This document shows positions 12,950 through 27,697 of a stretch of DNA of 64,000 bases, one piece after another. Below the pieces are notes generated by a model, which was given only the letters and a program-made list of their open reading frames with translations, was not told the DNA's origin and searched no databases. This DNA comes from Gordius albopunctatus. Its lineage: Eukaryota. The stretch lies in the NCBI GenBank assembly GCA_964276515.1, contig OZ193909.1:3472001-3536000 (forward strand), written 5' to 3'. Both the position numbers and the translations under genes were made by a program. The stretch's first letter is position 1; each line of letters starts with the position of its first letter.

Positions 12950-14690
12950 AAGTAATGAAAGCGATAGGGCGTCCTCCGTAAACGACGCGCATGGTAGGCG
13001 TCCGTATCATGTGAAAAGTCAACGATGGTCACTACATCTTCCGTAAACGGATGTAGTTAAAGAAATTAGTTTGCTAAGGACTAGTGATGTGGAAAAACCG
13101 AGAAAAATCTCGGTCTCGTCTCGTTTTGTCTCGAGATTTTGAAAAATTGAGTCGAGAACGAGACGAGAATTTTGACCTCGAGACGAGACGAGACGAGATT
13201 TTATCGGCGAGATCTCGACTTTAATTCTTATCTATTAAGTCTTCATTTAGCTAATTAACCATTTGTATTTTATGAGATTTAAATTTAGGGTATTTAATGC
13301 AAATTAAAATGATTTTGAAACTTTTGATAGTAATTACTTACGCACCTAAATATCCGCTTCGCGCAAATTTCAAATTTGTAATATAATCTTTATAGACATA
13401 GTGTTAGTAGTCCTTAGGGTATTTCGTTATTTGTTACTTATCTGTATAGCTTATATAATAAAAAATTATTTAGGCCTATAATGAGTTTATGCGCAACAAG
13501 TTCTTCATCCAACACAAAAAAGAGCAAGCTGCTGAAACATTTCATAGTATCCAAGGATGAATCAAATAAAATGGAGAAGTGTAAATTGTGCTTTAAAGAA
13601 AATTTTATATTTTAAGTTATATATGTGCAATTAACGTAAGATCTCAAAACTGTTATGTTCTTCCAACGAAAATGCCTATTTTATTGTATCTACAATGTTC
13701 AGATAGTTACTTGTTATTAATAATGATAACTTCAAAAGTTTACTCTCGCATTTTTGTCATTATTTTAACGTTATTATATAAGATCTCAATAAATTCATTA
13801 TGTTAAAATATGATGATATTATTAAACTTTATCCTTTTATTGAGCCTTATCCAGGAAATGAAGGTTATTGTTTACCAACTTTATACCTTCGAGGCAAGTA
13901 GTATATATAACACCTCCAATAATGCTTCCTGCCTTTCTGGGGTTTGAGATAAAAAATTGGTTCCATTATGACCAATTTATATCTTATATAATGATTTATA
14001 AGAGTCAGAAAAAATATATGGTATAATTATTTTTAAAAGTCGAGACGAGACGAGATTTTTCTTTCGAGACCGAAACGAGACGAGATCGCAACACTACTAA
14101 GGACGCGATTGAGAGTGGGCTCGCTAAATGTTGGAACGATGACTGCAAAATGCCGAGAAGTTGCTGACAACCTTAGCAAGCGACGGGTCGATATAGCGTG
14201 CATACAGGAAACAAGATGGAAAGGTGCAAAAGCAAGGATGTTAGGTGAAGACTATAAACTTTACTTCAATGGCCTAGAAACAAATAAAAATGGCGTGCCA
14301 ATTATATTAGCTTCCCATCTGCAAGATAAAGTCATTGAGGTATAAAGAAAAAGTGGGCGACTCATGATGTTGAACCTATGCATAGAAGGTCAAAAGATTA
14401 ATGTAGTTTCCGGATATGCTCCGCAAACAGGATGCACAGATGAATAAAAGGAGGACTTTTGGGAAGAATTAAACGAAACGCTGCGAATGATACCCAGAGC
14501 TGAGATAGTTATAATTGGAGCGGATATGAATGGTCACGTAGGCAAAACAAGAGAAAGATTTGAACGGTACTATGGTGGAAATGGATACGGAGCGAGAAAC
14601 GATAAAGGCGACGAAATATTGAAAATAGCCGTAGCATTTGATTTGGCCATCACAAATACCTTCTTCAAAAAGAATCTAAATCACCTAATA
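12950..14690 (+). pseudogene. Decayed 5' part (APE endonuclease) of an RTE-clade LINE, interrupted by a MITE and 3'-truncated
   Basis: RVGSLNVGTMT..DIACIQETRWKG..YAPQTGC..IIGADMNGHVG..NTFF with in-frame stops. The upstream motif gggcgtcctccgtaaacgacgcgca matches the 5' region of the RTE at ~41577. Confidence 0.85.
13082..14096. mobile_element. Non-autonomous hAT-type element, copy 1 (GAGAC-rich subterminal repeats)
   Basis: Ends TAGTGATG...CAACACTA; perfect 8-bp TSD ctaaggac at 13074-13081 and 14097-14104; arrays of cgaga/tctcg near both ends. Confidence 0.9.
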
Positions 14691-17600
14691 CTCTCCACTA
14701 AAAAACGAGCTTTACTATATTTCCTCAATTATGCGGCTTAACATAGCTTCCCTGAATGTCCAATCGCTGAAGGACCCTGAGACTTTCAAATTTTTTGCGT
14801 TGAGCAGACCAGATATTCCCAGTGTAAAAATGTCCCCGTCAATGAATACCATTTTTACGCCTCCGAACGTGGAGATGAATTCGCATCCGGTGTAGGTATT
14901 TTCATTAAAGAAAACCCTCAAAGTAAAAAGTATTAACTTTGTCAACAATCGCCTGATCATAGCCCACGTATTTATTAAAAATCTAATCCTTTCTATTTTC
15001 AATGTCTATGCTCCTTCCTTCTCAAAAAACTTAAACTATGCGGAAAACCTCTTCCTTAACATACAACACGAAATGAATCTAAACTTTAGAAGTATAAAAA
15101 TAATTTTAGGAGACTTCAATTCCTCCCTAACACGTAACGTAAATAACAACTCCTCGAGAATAGGACCCAACTTTATTGGACCGACCAATAGAAATGGCAA
15201 AATTCTTATAAATTGGTGTGTTAAACACAAATTTATGGTTTCTTCAACCTTCACCGATCTCCCCCTTGACAGTCTAATTACCTAGCAAATAAAACGAAGA
15301 ACATCGCGGTACCCAAATAGACCATATCTTATGCCAATTAAAACACCGTAGAATTATCAAAAGCTTTTGCACCATCCGACTGATCATAAAGACTGACCAC
15401 TTCGTCATTGCGGCCAAAATTTTTATTACACCAGCCACCCTCCACTCATTTAAAAATATTCAAAACTAGCCACCTAGTTCACGTTTAATAAAGGACACTG
15501 CTCAGTAGTGTTTCGATCTCGTCTCGATCTCGAAAACAAAATCTCGTCTCGTTTCGGGAGCTATTACGAAAATCTCGTCTCGTCTCGGTCTAGAAAAATC
15601 TCGATCTCGTCTCGTCTCGACGAGAATTCTCGTCTCGAATTTAAAAAAAAATATATACTGAATAAAAATTTATCCTGTTTTATTAAAAATATTAAAAAAG
15701 TGTTAAAATATCCAAATGGCAAATTTTTATATTTTTTAAAAAACTTTAATACACAAACTTTTTAAAGATTTAGCGGGACATGACTACTCATTGACAATAT
15801 AAAGCTATAAATTAATTCATAAAGATAACATTTTCTATGGAAAGTGCAGACTAAAAGACTATAAATAAATTTGAAGTATAGAAAATTAAATGTGAATGTT
15901 CTAGCCAATTATAACATTTGTATCAAATTCACTTTTTTGTAAACTATAAATAGACTTAATAATACGTTCGCTTATAGTTGACTTAGTTGCATAATTGAGC
16001 AAATTGAGACCCTTTGTTGACTAAGTCTATTGTTACCATCATCAATTATATGCCATAGTGTTTATTACATGTTTACTATAGAGTTATAAAACATAAAGTG
16101 CGAGTGACTTTTAATGATAATAATATTTACAGAATTGATAACTAGATGCACATATCAAAACGTTGTAAAAACAACAATAAAGGCAGCATTATTATAGGAT
16201 TAAGAAGATAAGGTTTTAAACTTTAAATTGCACGTATTTAAATTTATGACAGAAATCATTATAATCAAATTTATATTCCAAATAATTACCTTCCAATTAC
16301 AACTAAATTTGCCATTAAATAGTTATTTATCGAATACAGTATAGGTTTGTGTATTTATTTTATATTGCACAATTATGGAAATATAATAAATTTAAATGCA
16401 CCTGCCAACCCAGCGTATAATGTGAAAAGTAATGCATATGACAAAACTATGTATTCACATAATATCTTATTAAAATTCAAAAATTTGGGAGGTATAGTTG
16501 AAGCATAAAAACTTTACAAAAATCCATGTTTTAGATTTAATCTATTACGGTATCATTAAATACTCTATTGTACTTTTGAAATCGTTAGGCGGGTGCTCAA
16601 AAATCTAGACCCACTTATTCAAAATGATTGACTACCAATTTATAATTACCGCATTATGCAGGATGAGTAACTGCAAAATATAAATATGCTTTAGTAATAT
16701 TTACTATTCCATCAGAACTCATTCTAAGCCTAAAATTTCTTTAATCTTTAATAGTGCTATGGATACAAATAGATAATAAAGATAATATAAAATTATTAAC
16801 ATACCCTATGGGTGAACCTTACTTAGGTAAATGATTGCAAAATTTTAAATTTTTTGCAAAAATATATTATATTTACTACACTTAGGAATTTTTTTAATAT
16901 CAAATATATTCTATACATATTGATTTACACTTAATACCTTAAACGTAAATCATGCAAATTATAATACACAATAATTTACTAAAATCTAACGATCAATAAA
17001 AAGTGGAGATCTCGCTGAAAAAATCTCGTCTGGATTTCGACTCCATTTTTCAAATTCGGTTTTTCCGCATCACTACTGCTCAGCTAGCCACTAGCCTCCA
17101 AACAGATTTTAAGTTACTTGGCAACTTAGATACGCTCCCGATCAACGAGCATAACACCTCATTAACAAAGATTTTTACCCCCAGGCACGTCAAACAATTC
17201 CACATCAATACCAAATCCTGGTTCTCCGAAGAAACCATCACTCTGCTAGAATCCCGCTACAATGTCTTCAAAGACAAAATTCTCATGTGTAAAATACTTT
17301 GGATTAAGACACTTACGAAAAAGATAAAAGCTAGCATCAAGAAAGACAGGAAAAATTTCATCTCTAACAAATTAAATGACGCCGAACAAGCTGCGCGTTC
17401 TAACAACACCCTAAAAACTCTAACCACGAAATTCTCAAATAAACACAACTACCACTCGCTACATAACGATAATTGCAATCCCAGCGACACCTTGAATCAA
17501 ACTAAGGTATGGGAAGAACATTTTCGTTCAATCCTGACCATACCAATTCCATTTCCCATATCTGATATATATTTAGAGTTTATTAATAACTTCAGATGTC

Positions 17601-19212
17601 CTCCCACCTCTGATGTTAAGGAAGATCCACCAACCCTAGGCGAAATAATGTCCGCAGTAAAATCTCTCAAACTGCATAAAGCCCCAGACGGAGATGAAAT
17701 TACAGCCGAGGCCCTTAAGATTGATATTAATCTTTCATCCAAGCTCCTAATCTCTCTCTTCTCCAACATCTGGACTCAGGAGTCCATCCCCCATTCATGG
17801 TCCACAGGCTTGCTTAGAAAAATCTACAAAAAAGGAGATCCTTCTATCCCTGACAATTATAGAGGGATCACTATAATAAATAACCTATCTAAAAGCTTAA
17901 TAAAAATCATATACAGACGGATCTACCCCTATATCGACTATAACCTAAAGACCAAACAGGCGGGTTTTCGTAAGTCCAAAACAACTACTGAACACATTAT
18001 AACCCTCAAGAACCTAATCGACATTTCTTCCAAAGCAAAAACACCCCTGATCCTGACCTTTGTTGACATCCATAAAGCTTTTAACTCACTCTCCCACCTC
18101 TACATATGGGAACCTTATGCCTCATTGGTATCGCCAAAAATCATTAGACTTATCTTCTACCTCTATAAAGACAGGAAAGTGGTCGTCAAACATCTGGACC
18201 ACCGTTCCAACCCTATCTTTGTCAATTCTGGAGTTAGGCAGGAATGCCCACTCTCACATCTCCTATTCATCACTGCCATCATGGACCTCATAATAAAGAG
18301 ATCGAGACTTCCATTTGACGGTATCAACTTGGGTGACCAAAAATATGTTCCCACTTATTTGCAGACGATCTATGCATAGTCTCCGACTCGATCTCTAGAA
18401 CTCAGAACTTTATTGACAGATTCACCATGGAGAGCCAGAAAGTGGGTCTGATGATCAACCCTAACAAATCCAATATCCATTCAATCAATGTGCCATTGCA
18501 ATTAAAACCCGTTCTCATTGATAATACTCACGTCCCCATCTTAGATTCAGTTAATTATCTTGGAGTCATTCTCTCCCCCGACACATACTCCCTTCTAGAC
18601 ATCTCTAATAAAATAGAAAAAGCCCTGAAAAAGTTCTACTCGTGCTACTCTATATGGAAGTCGCATGAACTGGCCCTACCAACCCGTCTCCGCATGTTCA
18701 AAACCACTATCTTACCCATTCTACTCTATGGCTGTGAAACATGGTAGCTCAAAGGCCCAACTCTCGGAACGGTCGAAACGAAACTCAACAAAATGCTAAA
18801 GATAGTCTGTAATATTTTCTACCCGGAAGTAATCAGCAACGTCAACCCCTGGACCCTTTGTAAAATTCCTCCCATTAAAAACATAATCATTTCTAGGAAA
18901 TGTAACTTCCTGGCATATTAGTCTAGACGCAGTGGTATTAACATATGTATAGGATCTATTTTTTGGAGACCCTCGCAATTACGAAACCGCAAATGCAGAG
19001 GAAGCTGGATTTATCAAACCTTTCAGCAACACTCCGGTCCCTCAACCACGATTGGAATTTAATCCTCCCTATAATGCAGGACAGTACGAAGTAGAAAGCC
19101 TTCTCTTTGTCCCACTTTCCCAAGTCGTACCTTCCGTGGCGAGATAAATATTACTTCCCTTCTACCTAGCGCCACATCCCGATCACTCTGTCAAAGGGAA
19201 TATCGTATTCAT
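14690..19212 (+). mobile_element. Decayed non-LTR retrotransposon (single APE+RT ORF, probably RTE-like), interrupted by a MITE
   Basis: MRLNIASLNVQSL at 14731, NVYAP, IILGDFNSSL, IDHIL; after the MITE, KAPDGDEIT, NYRGIT, QAGFRKSKTT, FVDIHKAF, GVRQECPLS, a frameshifted FADD and ILLYGCETW. Several stops and frameshifts. Confidence 0.85.
15506..17075. mobile_element. Non-autonomous hAT-type element, copy 2 (opposite orientation to copy 1)
   Basis: Ends TAGTGTTTCG...GCATCACTA; perfect 8-bp TSD ctgctcag at 15498-15505 and 17076-17083. Confidence 0.92.
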
Positions 19213-22200
19213 TCTAATATATATATATATAATTCTCGTGTCACGGTGTTTGGTCCTCAACTCCTCCGAAACGGCTGTACCGATTTAGATGGAAATTTCT
19301 GAAAATATTTGGTAGGTCTGAGCCTAGATTTTAACTATATTCGAAATCTCTAAGTCATAAGACGGCCAAGTTATTTAGTTTTATACGTTTTGACGTTTAA
19401 TAAAATGTCAATCAAACGCTACCTCATGACGTACTGCGTATCTATCGTATATATTCTTCCGCATATTCCATTTTATTCTTCATAGAACAACATATTCAAT
19501 TTTATTCTTCATAGAAGTAAATTCCAGTTAAATTCATTAATTCCATTTTATTCTTCATACAACAACATATTCAATTTGCTTCTTCATAGAACAACATATT
19601 CAATTTTAAGAAGTAAATTCCAGTTAAATTCATGCTTATTCATGTGCTTATATATATTTTTGTAGTAAATTTTTTAATTATATCTTTTTTTAAAGTAAAT
19701 GCCATCTAAATTCATTGTTTGCATGATGTAAAAGAGATTTTTTTTCATAAAAATGCCAGCTAAACGCAAAAGGAACAATTTAGGTCGTCAAACAAGAAAA
19801 AATGCAGTCAGAAAAAACAGAAGATCTCAAAGAACAAACGAACAAATCCTACAAAACAATGCAGATATGCGTGTGAGGATGGCCCAAATACGTGGATCAC
19901 AATCGCAAGAGGCACGAGATGAAAGAAATCAACAAAGATGATCAAAAAAACAAGCCCGCCGATTTGTAAGTAACACACATAGAGAAAATGACCTACAACG
20001 TCAACAAATACATCGAGCATTTAAATCAGCTACATTCCTTCGACTAGCATTCCAGTATGAGCCTGATGTTGAATATTACGCCCATTCCAAAGTGGTCATT
20101 GGTACTATGGACAAGGTATGTCCTCATTGTCTTGCACTTAAATATAAAAATGAGTCGGCCGGGATGTGTTGCACATCAGGAAAAGTTCGCCTAACGGAGA
20201 TTGAAACACCACCTGAACCATTGCACGGTTTACTTATCGGTACGGATCCTGATTCTAACCTATTCCTGAAGTCAATTCGGACATTCAATTCATGCTTCCA
20301 AATGACATCATTCCGAGCAACAAAAATAGTTCAAAATAATCCTGCAAAAGGTCACCATTTTAATTCAACGTTTAAAATAAAAGGTCAGGTTTTTCACAAA
20401 GTGGGTTCATTGCTGCCGATGCCAAACGAATCTTATAAATATTTACAAATTTACTTTATGGGTGGTGACGACTCCGAACGCGCCCTCGCTAATCGCGTGG
20501 ATGCACTTTGCGGCTACAACAACTTCGATTCAACTTTTTCCAGGCGTATCATCAGCGAACTGGACGCTCTGTTGAATGAGCACAATGAATTATTAAAATT
20601 ATTTAAATCCCACAAGCCCAAATTACTAAGTGACAATTACGCTATTGTCATCGATCCTGATAAAACACCAGTTGGAGAGCACATTCGTAGATTCAATGCA
20701 CCTGTAGTTGACGACGTTGATGGAATCATGGTTGGGGACCATACGGCTTCGCGCCAAATAGTGATTCGAAGAAGAGATAACAATCTTCAGTTCATTGCTG
20801 ATACCCACCCCTCATATGACGCTCTCCAATATCCGATAATTTTTTGGAAAGGACAAGATGGATATTGCATAAACATTAAACAACGAGATCCCCTAGCAGG
20901 TAATTTATTCTTTGTTAAAAACATGCTTAGGGGTATCCATATAAAATTAAAGTGTCCTAGACAAAAATGTTTAAATTATTTCAAATAAATTTTTCGATAA
21001 AAATTGTTTAGATTTATAAATTCTATGTTAGCAAATTTTTTTCTTCCCTACTCATTTTCAATTAATTGGAATGCATATTATTACAGGAGCCGAAACAAAC
21101 AAGAAGGTTAGCTCGAAGGATTTTTATGCATACTACGATGTCGTGAGCTTTGCCAACAATTCGTGGTCGACATGTATGTGAAGATACAGAGCGAACTTCT
21201 ACGATATTTAAGATTTAACCAACAGAAACTGCATGCGGAAGAATACATTCACTTATGAGACGCTATCGCGAACAATGCCGACACTGCTGACATTGGTAAC
21301 TCTATTATTCTACCGTCATCGTACGTAGGGAGTCCACATCACATGCAAGAATACATATAGGATGCTATGGCTTACGTACGCGAATACGGACGCCAGTGTT
21401 TTTTATCACGTTTACACGTAATCCAAAATAGCAGGAGATTACATCATTGTTATTACCAGGACAAAATGCCATACATTGTCATGACATTACGGCACGGGTG
21501 TTTAAACAAAAATTAAAGTCTTTAATTAATTTCATTACAAAATTACATATATTTGGCCATGCACGTTGCTGGATGTATTCAGTTGAGTGGCAAAAGTGAG
21601 AATTACCTCATGCTCACATTTTGATTTGGTTCGTCGACAAAATACGTCCTGAAGACATTGGTAGTTTAATTTATGCAAAAATTCCTAATCCGTCTACTGA
21701 TCAATTATTGTTTGATATTGTCACTACAAACATGATTCATGGCCCATGTGGATATTTGAATAGTTCATCGCCTTGCATGTTAGATGGAAAGTGTACAAAG
21801 TGTTTTCCTAAAAATTTCATCAATGTTACGGTCCCACATGTCGACGGTTATCCTATATATCGTCGAAGAAGTACCGATAATGGCGGACAAATATTTACTA
21901 AAACTATCAATAACGTAGCCATTGACATTGACAATCGTTGGATTGTACTATATTCACCTTTGTTGTGCAAAACATTCAATGCTCATATTAATGTTGAGTT
22001 TTGCAGTTCGGTGAAGGGCAATGTTAATAAAGGAAGTGATATGGCTGTATTTAGAATTGATAATACCAATGTGAATGCTCTTCCATTGAATAACAATGAT
22101 GAAATAACTAACTACCAAATTGGCCGGTACATAAGCTCCAATGAAGCTGTTTGGCGGATCTTTGGTTTCTCTCTTCATGAACGGGATCCAGCAGTTATCC

Positions 22201-22930
22201 ATTTAGCTGTCCATCTAGAAAACGGCCAGCGTGTTTTTTTCACGCACGAGACAGCGCTTGATCGTGCTATTAATCCACCAAAAACTACACTCACCGCTTT
22301 TTTTGAATTGTGTAATCGTGCCGATGATTTTGGTGCCTTCGTGCGAACATTACTCTATCCAGAAGTACCCCGCTATTTTACGTGGACTAAATCGGAAAAA
22401 TGGATTCCCCGCAAGCAAGACACATCAGTTAATACATGTCCTGGTTTATTCAAATAAAACATTTTGGGTCGTATATATACAGTGAATCCTAGGCAAACTG
22501 AGTGCTTTTATCTGCGATTGTTGTTGGTAAATGTCACCGGCCCATTGTCATTTCACCATATACGTACAGTAAATGGACATCAGTATCCAACGCTAAGTCC
22601 CTAATCAGCTAAATAACAATGTAGAAAAATATTTGGAGTACAGCTTTTAATGTACGATGATAGAGTTACCAATTTATGCTGTGTCGGCCTTGTTCGCAAT
22701 AGCATCACGTATGTGAATGTATTATTCCGCACGCAGTTCCTGTTGATTGTACTCAAGCGGTGTAAAGTTATAATCTGGGATGAATGTACTATACATGCGC
22801 GTTCATATGCTTAAAGATCCATCCGCCGAAACATTCTCAAAACAACTTTTAGATATTGGTGATGGAAAAGTTGCTTTGTATGAAAATACTGGATGCATAA
22901 AATTACCGACGGATTTTTGCACAATCGTCG
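19213..22930 (+). mobile_element. Helitron unit A: 5' end, decayed Rep region and small helicase remnants
   Basis: Start TC-(TA)n-attctcgtgtcacgg...ccgaaacggctgtaccgattt. Protein motifs: CPHCLA..E...MCC (Zn finger), FNSCFQMTSF, LQIYF, RRFNAP, SYDALQYP, VEWQK*ELPHAHILIW (HUH motif), MIHGPCG, RYISSNEAVWRIF, LAVHLEN, ECFYLRLLLVNVTGP. Most of the helicase is deleted; an MRVH..FSKQLLDIGDG remnant is at ~22795-22930. Intron 20900-21086. Confidence 0.9.
19445..19640. repeat. Short degenerate tandem repeats in the Helitron A 5' region
   Basis: Recurrent ttttattcttcatagaacaacatattcaa and aagtaaattccagttaaattca units. Confidence 0.7.
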
Positions 22931-23129
22931 AATGTTTGTGTGTATGCCGCCACCAATTTTGGAAAACTACCAGACCGATTTGGCTCAAAATTTCAGTTTA
23001 TTTCTGACACTCTGGAGCATGTTTTAAGATTTGTACGAGCAAATAGTTTTCGAGGGGTAAGGTTTTTTTGTTTTATATGTTGTTTTATACGTTTTGGCAC
23101 TTAATAAAGACGTCATATGACGTCATACG

Positions 23130-23345
23130 GGATACTGTAAAATGCGGCAACTGTAAAATGCGGCAATCATTTAATAAAATGTCAATGACATCATACAGGA
23201 TACTGTAAAATGCGGCAATCACTTAATAAAATGTCAATCATACACAACTTCATGACGCTATACAGTGATACTGCAAAATGCGGAAATCACTTAATAAAAT
23301 GTCAATCATACGCAACTTCATGAAGTTATACAGTGATACTGCAAA
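23130..23345. repeat. ~59-bp tandem repeats in the Helitron B 5' region
   Basis: Repeated gatactg(t/c)aaaatgcgg.aatcacttaataaaatgtcaatcata units. Confidence 0.8.
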
Positions 23346-23741
23346 AAGCAAAAATATAAATAATCTATCATAAAATGTCATCATTTTTTTAATTGTGACA
23401 ACAATCAAATTTAATAATGTTAAGACGTTTAATTAAATGCCATTTTTTTCTATCCCTATAATATACAAATAATCGGAGCCTTTAATTCCATCCCGACAAT
23501 CTACAAATAATCGGAGCCGCCAACAAATTGGAAATACCAGACCGATTTGTTTCAAAATTTCACACTTCATTCCTGACACTCCGGAATGCGAAAAAAAATA
23601 TTCGGCAGAATAATACCTAAATCAAAAACAGATAAAACAAGGAGATCAGCTGAAACTCCTCAACATCGTGAAGTACGATTGCGCGATAATCGAAAGAGAA
23701 ATTTAACTACAATAGCAGCTGAGACATCGGAAGAGCAAAAC

Positions 23742-23976
23742 GACAGACTAGCCACTAAACGCTCACGAGCCACAACTCCACGAGCTACCGAATCAGCTGA
23801 AGAGCGAATCGAAAGACTAGCCACTAAACGATCACGAGCCACAACTTCACGAGCTACCGAATCAGCTGAAGAGCGAATCGAAAGACTAGACAATATGCGA
23901 TCACGAGCCACAACTACACGAGTTACCGAATCAGCTGAAGAGCGAATCGAAAGACTAGACAATGTGCGATCACGAT
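23742..23976 (+). repeat. 60-bp (20-aa) coding tandem repeat at the N-terminus of RepHel B
   Basis: About four copies of RATESAEERIERL(ATK/DNM)RSRATT in ORF 23586-23978. Confidence 0.85.
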
Positions 23977-26229
23977 AAAGACGCTCAACATATAGTCCGC
24001 CAGCCAGTTTGAAATTAGCAGCGTTCCACTATGATGTAGCGTTTGATTACAGCATGCACCCTAATGTCATGATTGGTCAAATGGATACGATGTGTTTGCA
24101 TTGTCGTGCTTTGCGGTTACCTAAAGAAAATCCTGGAATGTGTTTTTCAAATGGCAAAATAAATTTGCCACTTCTGGTTGATCCACCTGAACCGCTCTTA
24201 TCTTATGTATCTGGAACTAATACATTGACCAAATACTTCCTCCAACACATTCGCAAGTACAACACATGCTTTCAAATGACATCGTTTGGAGCAAAGAAAA
24301 TTTTCAATGATGGAGATTACATGCCCGCATTTCAAGTACAAGGACAAATTTACCATCAAATCGGTTCCCTTCTACCATTATCAAATATCGATCAAAGGTT
24401 TCTGCAAATTTATTTCATGGGCGATACGGAGGCTGATTGACGTTGTGGAATTCATGCAGGAGTCAAACATGAAATCATCATTGACTTGCAACATTTATTC
24501 CACAACAAAAATCATTTAATTAAATTATACAAAATCGCATTAGAGCGAATGCCAACGGATGATTATAAAATCGTAATCAAAGCAGATAGAACACCTTCAG
24601 GCGCACATGAAAGACGCTTTAATGCACCAACAATCGATGAAGTGGCAATCGTAATGGTCGGAATAGAATTTGATCGTCGAGATATTATTATCTCCAGAAG
24701 TGATGCAACACGCAGATCATATGATGCCCTTCAATATCCCATACTATTTTGGCAAGGAGAAGACGGATACCACTTTAATGTAATGCAAATTAATCCTAAT
24801 TCAGGGGCCGCGACAACAAAAAAGGTGAATGTTATACTCTTTGTTATACGATGTTCTAGCGAAAATGATAATATGTGATCTTAATCTACTGAATTTCTTT
24901 CTCTTACAGGTGTCTTCTATGGATTATTATGCATATCGCATAATGATTAGAGCTCAGCAATACAACCACATCTTGAAGTGCCGACACCTATTCCATCAAT
25001 ACATTGTCGATATGTATGCAAAAATCGAAAGCGAACGTCTTCTTTTCATCCGTCCTAATCAGAGGTTACTCCTTGCCGAAAATTATATTCACTTGCGAGA
25101 TGCAATCGAACATGATGGTCACGCAAGCAATGTTGGACAAATGGTCATACTTTCAGTTACGTATACCGGCAGTCCTAGACACATGCATGAATATACACAA
25201 GATGCGATGACATATGTGCGCAAATACGGATGTCCAGATCTTTTTATTACTTCATCTGCAATCCGGCTTGGACTGAGATCACTCAGTTGCTTTTGGCAGG
25301 CCAAGCATCATCTCATCGACATGATCTCACCGCCAGAGTTTTCAGGCAAAAAAGAATGCGTTTCATCGATGTCATTACCAAAGATCACATTTACGGAGAA
25401 ACTAGCTGTTGGTTATATTCCATATAATGGCAAAAAGAGGCTTACCACACGCTTACATCCTAATTTGGCTGAAGGAAAAATTTTTCCTACTCATATTGAT
25501 AATAATATATCGGCTGAACTGCCCGATCCGCAAGAAGATCCGCTAATATTTAAATCATCAATCGTCATATGATTCATGGACCGTGCGGAGCAATGAATAG
25601 AGATTCACCATGTATGAAAGACGGAAAATGCACAAAAAAATATCCCAGAGAAATTAGCCTAGAAAATAAAACTGGTGGCGACGACTATCCGCTGTATAGA
25701 CGCCGTAATCCAAACGATGGAGGTGATAGATTCACAATCAAAGTGAAAACTATTCCCCTAGAAATCGACAATAGATGGATCGTCCCTTAAACTCCGTTGC
25801 CTTCAAAAATGTTCAAGGCCCACATAAACATGGAATATTGAAATTCAGTGAAGTCTATAAAATACATCTGCAAATACGTCACCAAAGGCAGTGATATGGC
25901 AGTTTTTGGACTTACTAATACGCAAGCCGATGAAATCACACAATTTCAAATGGGACGTGACATCAGCAGTAATGAAGATGTCTGACGCATTCTAGGGTCC
26001 CCTATTCACGAACGCTATCCAACTGATGTACATCTCGCCGTTCACTTAGAAAATGGCCAACGTGTCTACTTCACGGAAGAGAACGCTGTGCAAAGAGCAG
26101 CGCAACCACCTAATACAACACTGACAGTCTTTTTTCTGTTGTGCCAAACTGAAGTTTTCGCAAAAACTTTGCTCTACCACGAAATCCCAAAATATTACAC
26201 TTGGAATTTATCAAAAAAGGTGTTTCAAA

Positions 26230-27697
26230 TAGTGTTTCGATCTCGTCTCGGTCTCGAAAACAAAGTCTCGTCTCGGGAGCGATTATGAAAATCTCGTCTA
26301 AGTCTAGAAAAATCTCGATCTCGTCTCGTCTCGACTTTAAAAAAATATATACTGAATAAAAATTTCTCCTGTTTTATTAAAAATATTAAATAAGTGTTAA
26401 AAATTAAAATGGCAAATATTTATATTTTTTTATAAACTTTAAAACACAAACTTTTTAAAGATTTAGCGCGACACGACATATCATTGTCAATATAAAGATA
26501 TAAATTCATTCAAAAAAATAACATTTTCTATGGAAAGTGCAGACTAAAAAACTATAAATAAATTTGAAGTATATAAAAATCAATTTTATTGTTCTAGCAA
26601 ATTATAACATTTGTATCAAATCACTGTGTTTGTCAACTATATAGAATTAGATAATAATAAATAGGTTATAGTTGACTTAGTGGCACAATTTAGCAAATTG
26701 AGACCCTTTATTAACCCTGGCTAAAGGTTCAAAATAGACTTTAACATATTTAAGGCAAACATTTAAGTCCATTAGTACCATCATCAATTATAGCCCATAG
26801 TGTTTATTGCATGTTTACTATAGCGCTATAAACCACAAAGTGAGAGTGACTTTTAATGATAATATTATGAATTACAGAATTGATAACTAGATGCACCTAT
26901 AAAAACGGGTAGTAGAAACAACAATAAAAGCATCATTATTATAGGAATAAGAATTATGAGGTTTTAAACTTTAAATTCCACGTATTTAAATTTATGACAA
27001 AAATAATTAAAATCAAATTTATATTCCAAATAATTATCTTCCAATTCTAACTAACTTTGACTTAAATAGTTATTTATCGAATATAGTTGAAGCACAAAAA
27101 CTTCTAGAAAACTCATGCTTTAGATTTAATCTATTACGGTGTCATTAAATACTCTATTGTACTTTTGAAATCGCTAAACGGGTGCTCAAAAATCTCGAGC
27201 CACCCTAGCTTAACTAGTTTAATTATTCAAACTGATTTACTACCAATTTATAATTACCGCACTATGCAGGATGAGTAACTGCGAAATATAAATATGATTT
27301 GTTTATATTTACTATTTAATCAGATATTATTCTAAGCCTATAATTTTGTAATATTTAATAATGTTATGGATTCAAATATGTAATAGAGATATTATAAAAT
27401 TATTCACATACCCTAAGGGTCAACCATACTTAGGTAAATGTTGCTAAAAATATAATATTTACAGGAATTTTTTTAATGTCAAATATATTCCATACATATT
27501 GATTTACACTTAATACCTTAAATGTAAATCATGCAAATTAAAATACACAATAATTTACTAAAATCTAACGATAAAAAAAGTCGAGATCTCGCCGAAAAAA
27601 TCTCGTTCTCGTCTCGATCTCGACTCCATTTTTCAAACCGAAACGAGATTCGAGACGAGACGAGACCGAGATTTTTCTCGGTTTTTCCGCATCACTA
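26230..27697. mobile_element. Non-autonomous hAT-type element, copy 3, inserted in Helitron B
   Basis: Ends TAGTGTTTCG...GCATCACTA; perfect TSD gtttcaaa at 26222-26229 and 27698-27705. Removing it restores KKVFQ-RRKQG. Homologous along its length to 15506-17075. Confidence 0.93.

Noticed and set aside
17003..17083. N-terminus of the 458-aa ORF 17003-18379 as a true start
   Set aside because: The first ~25 codons are the end of the inserted hAT-type element, fused by chance to the LINE RT frame.
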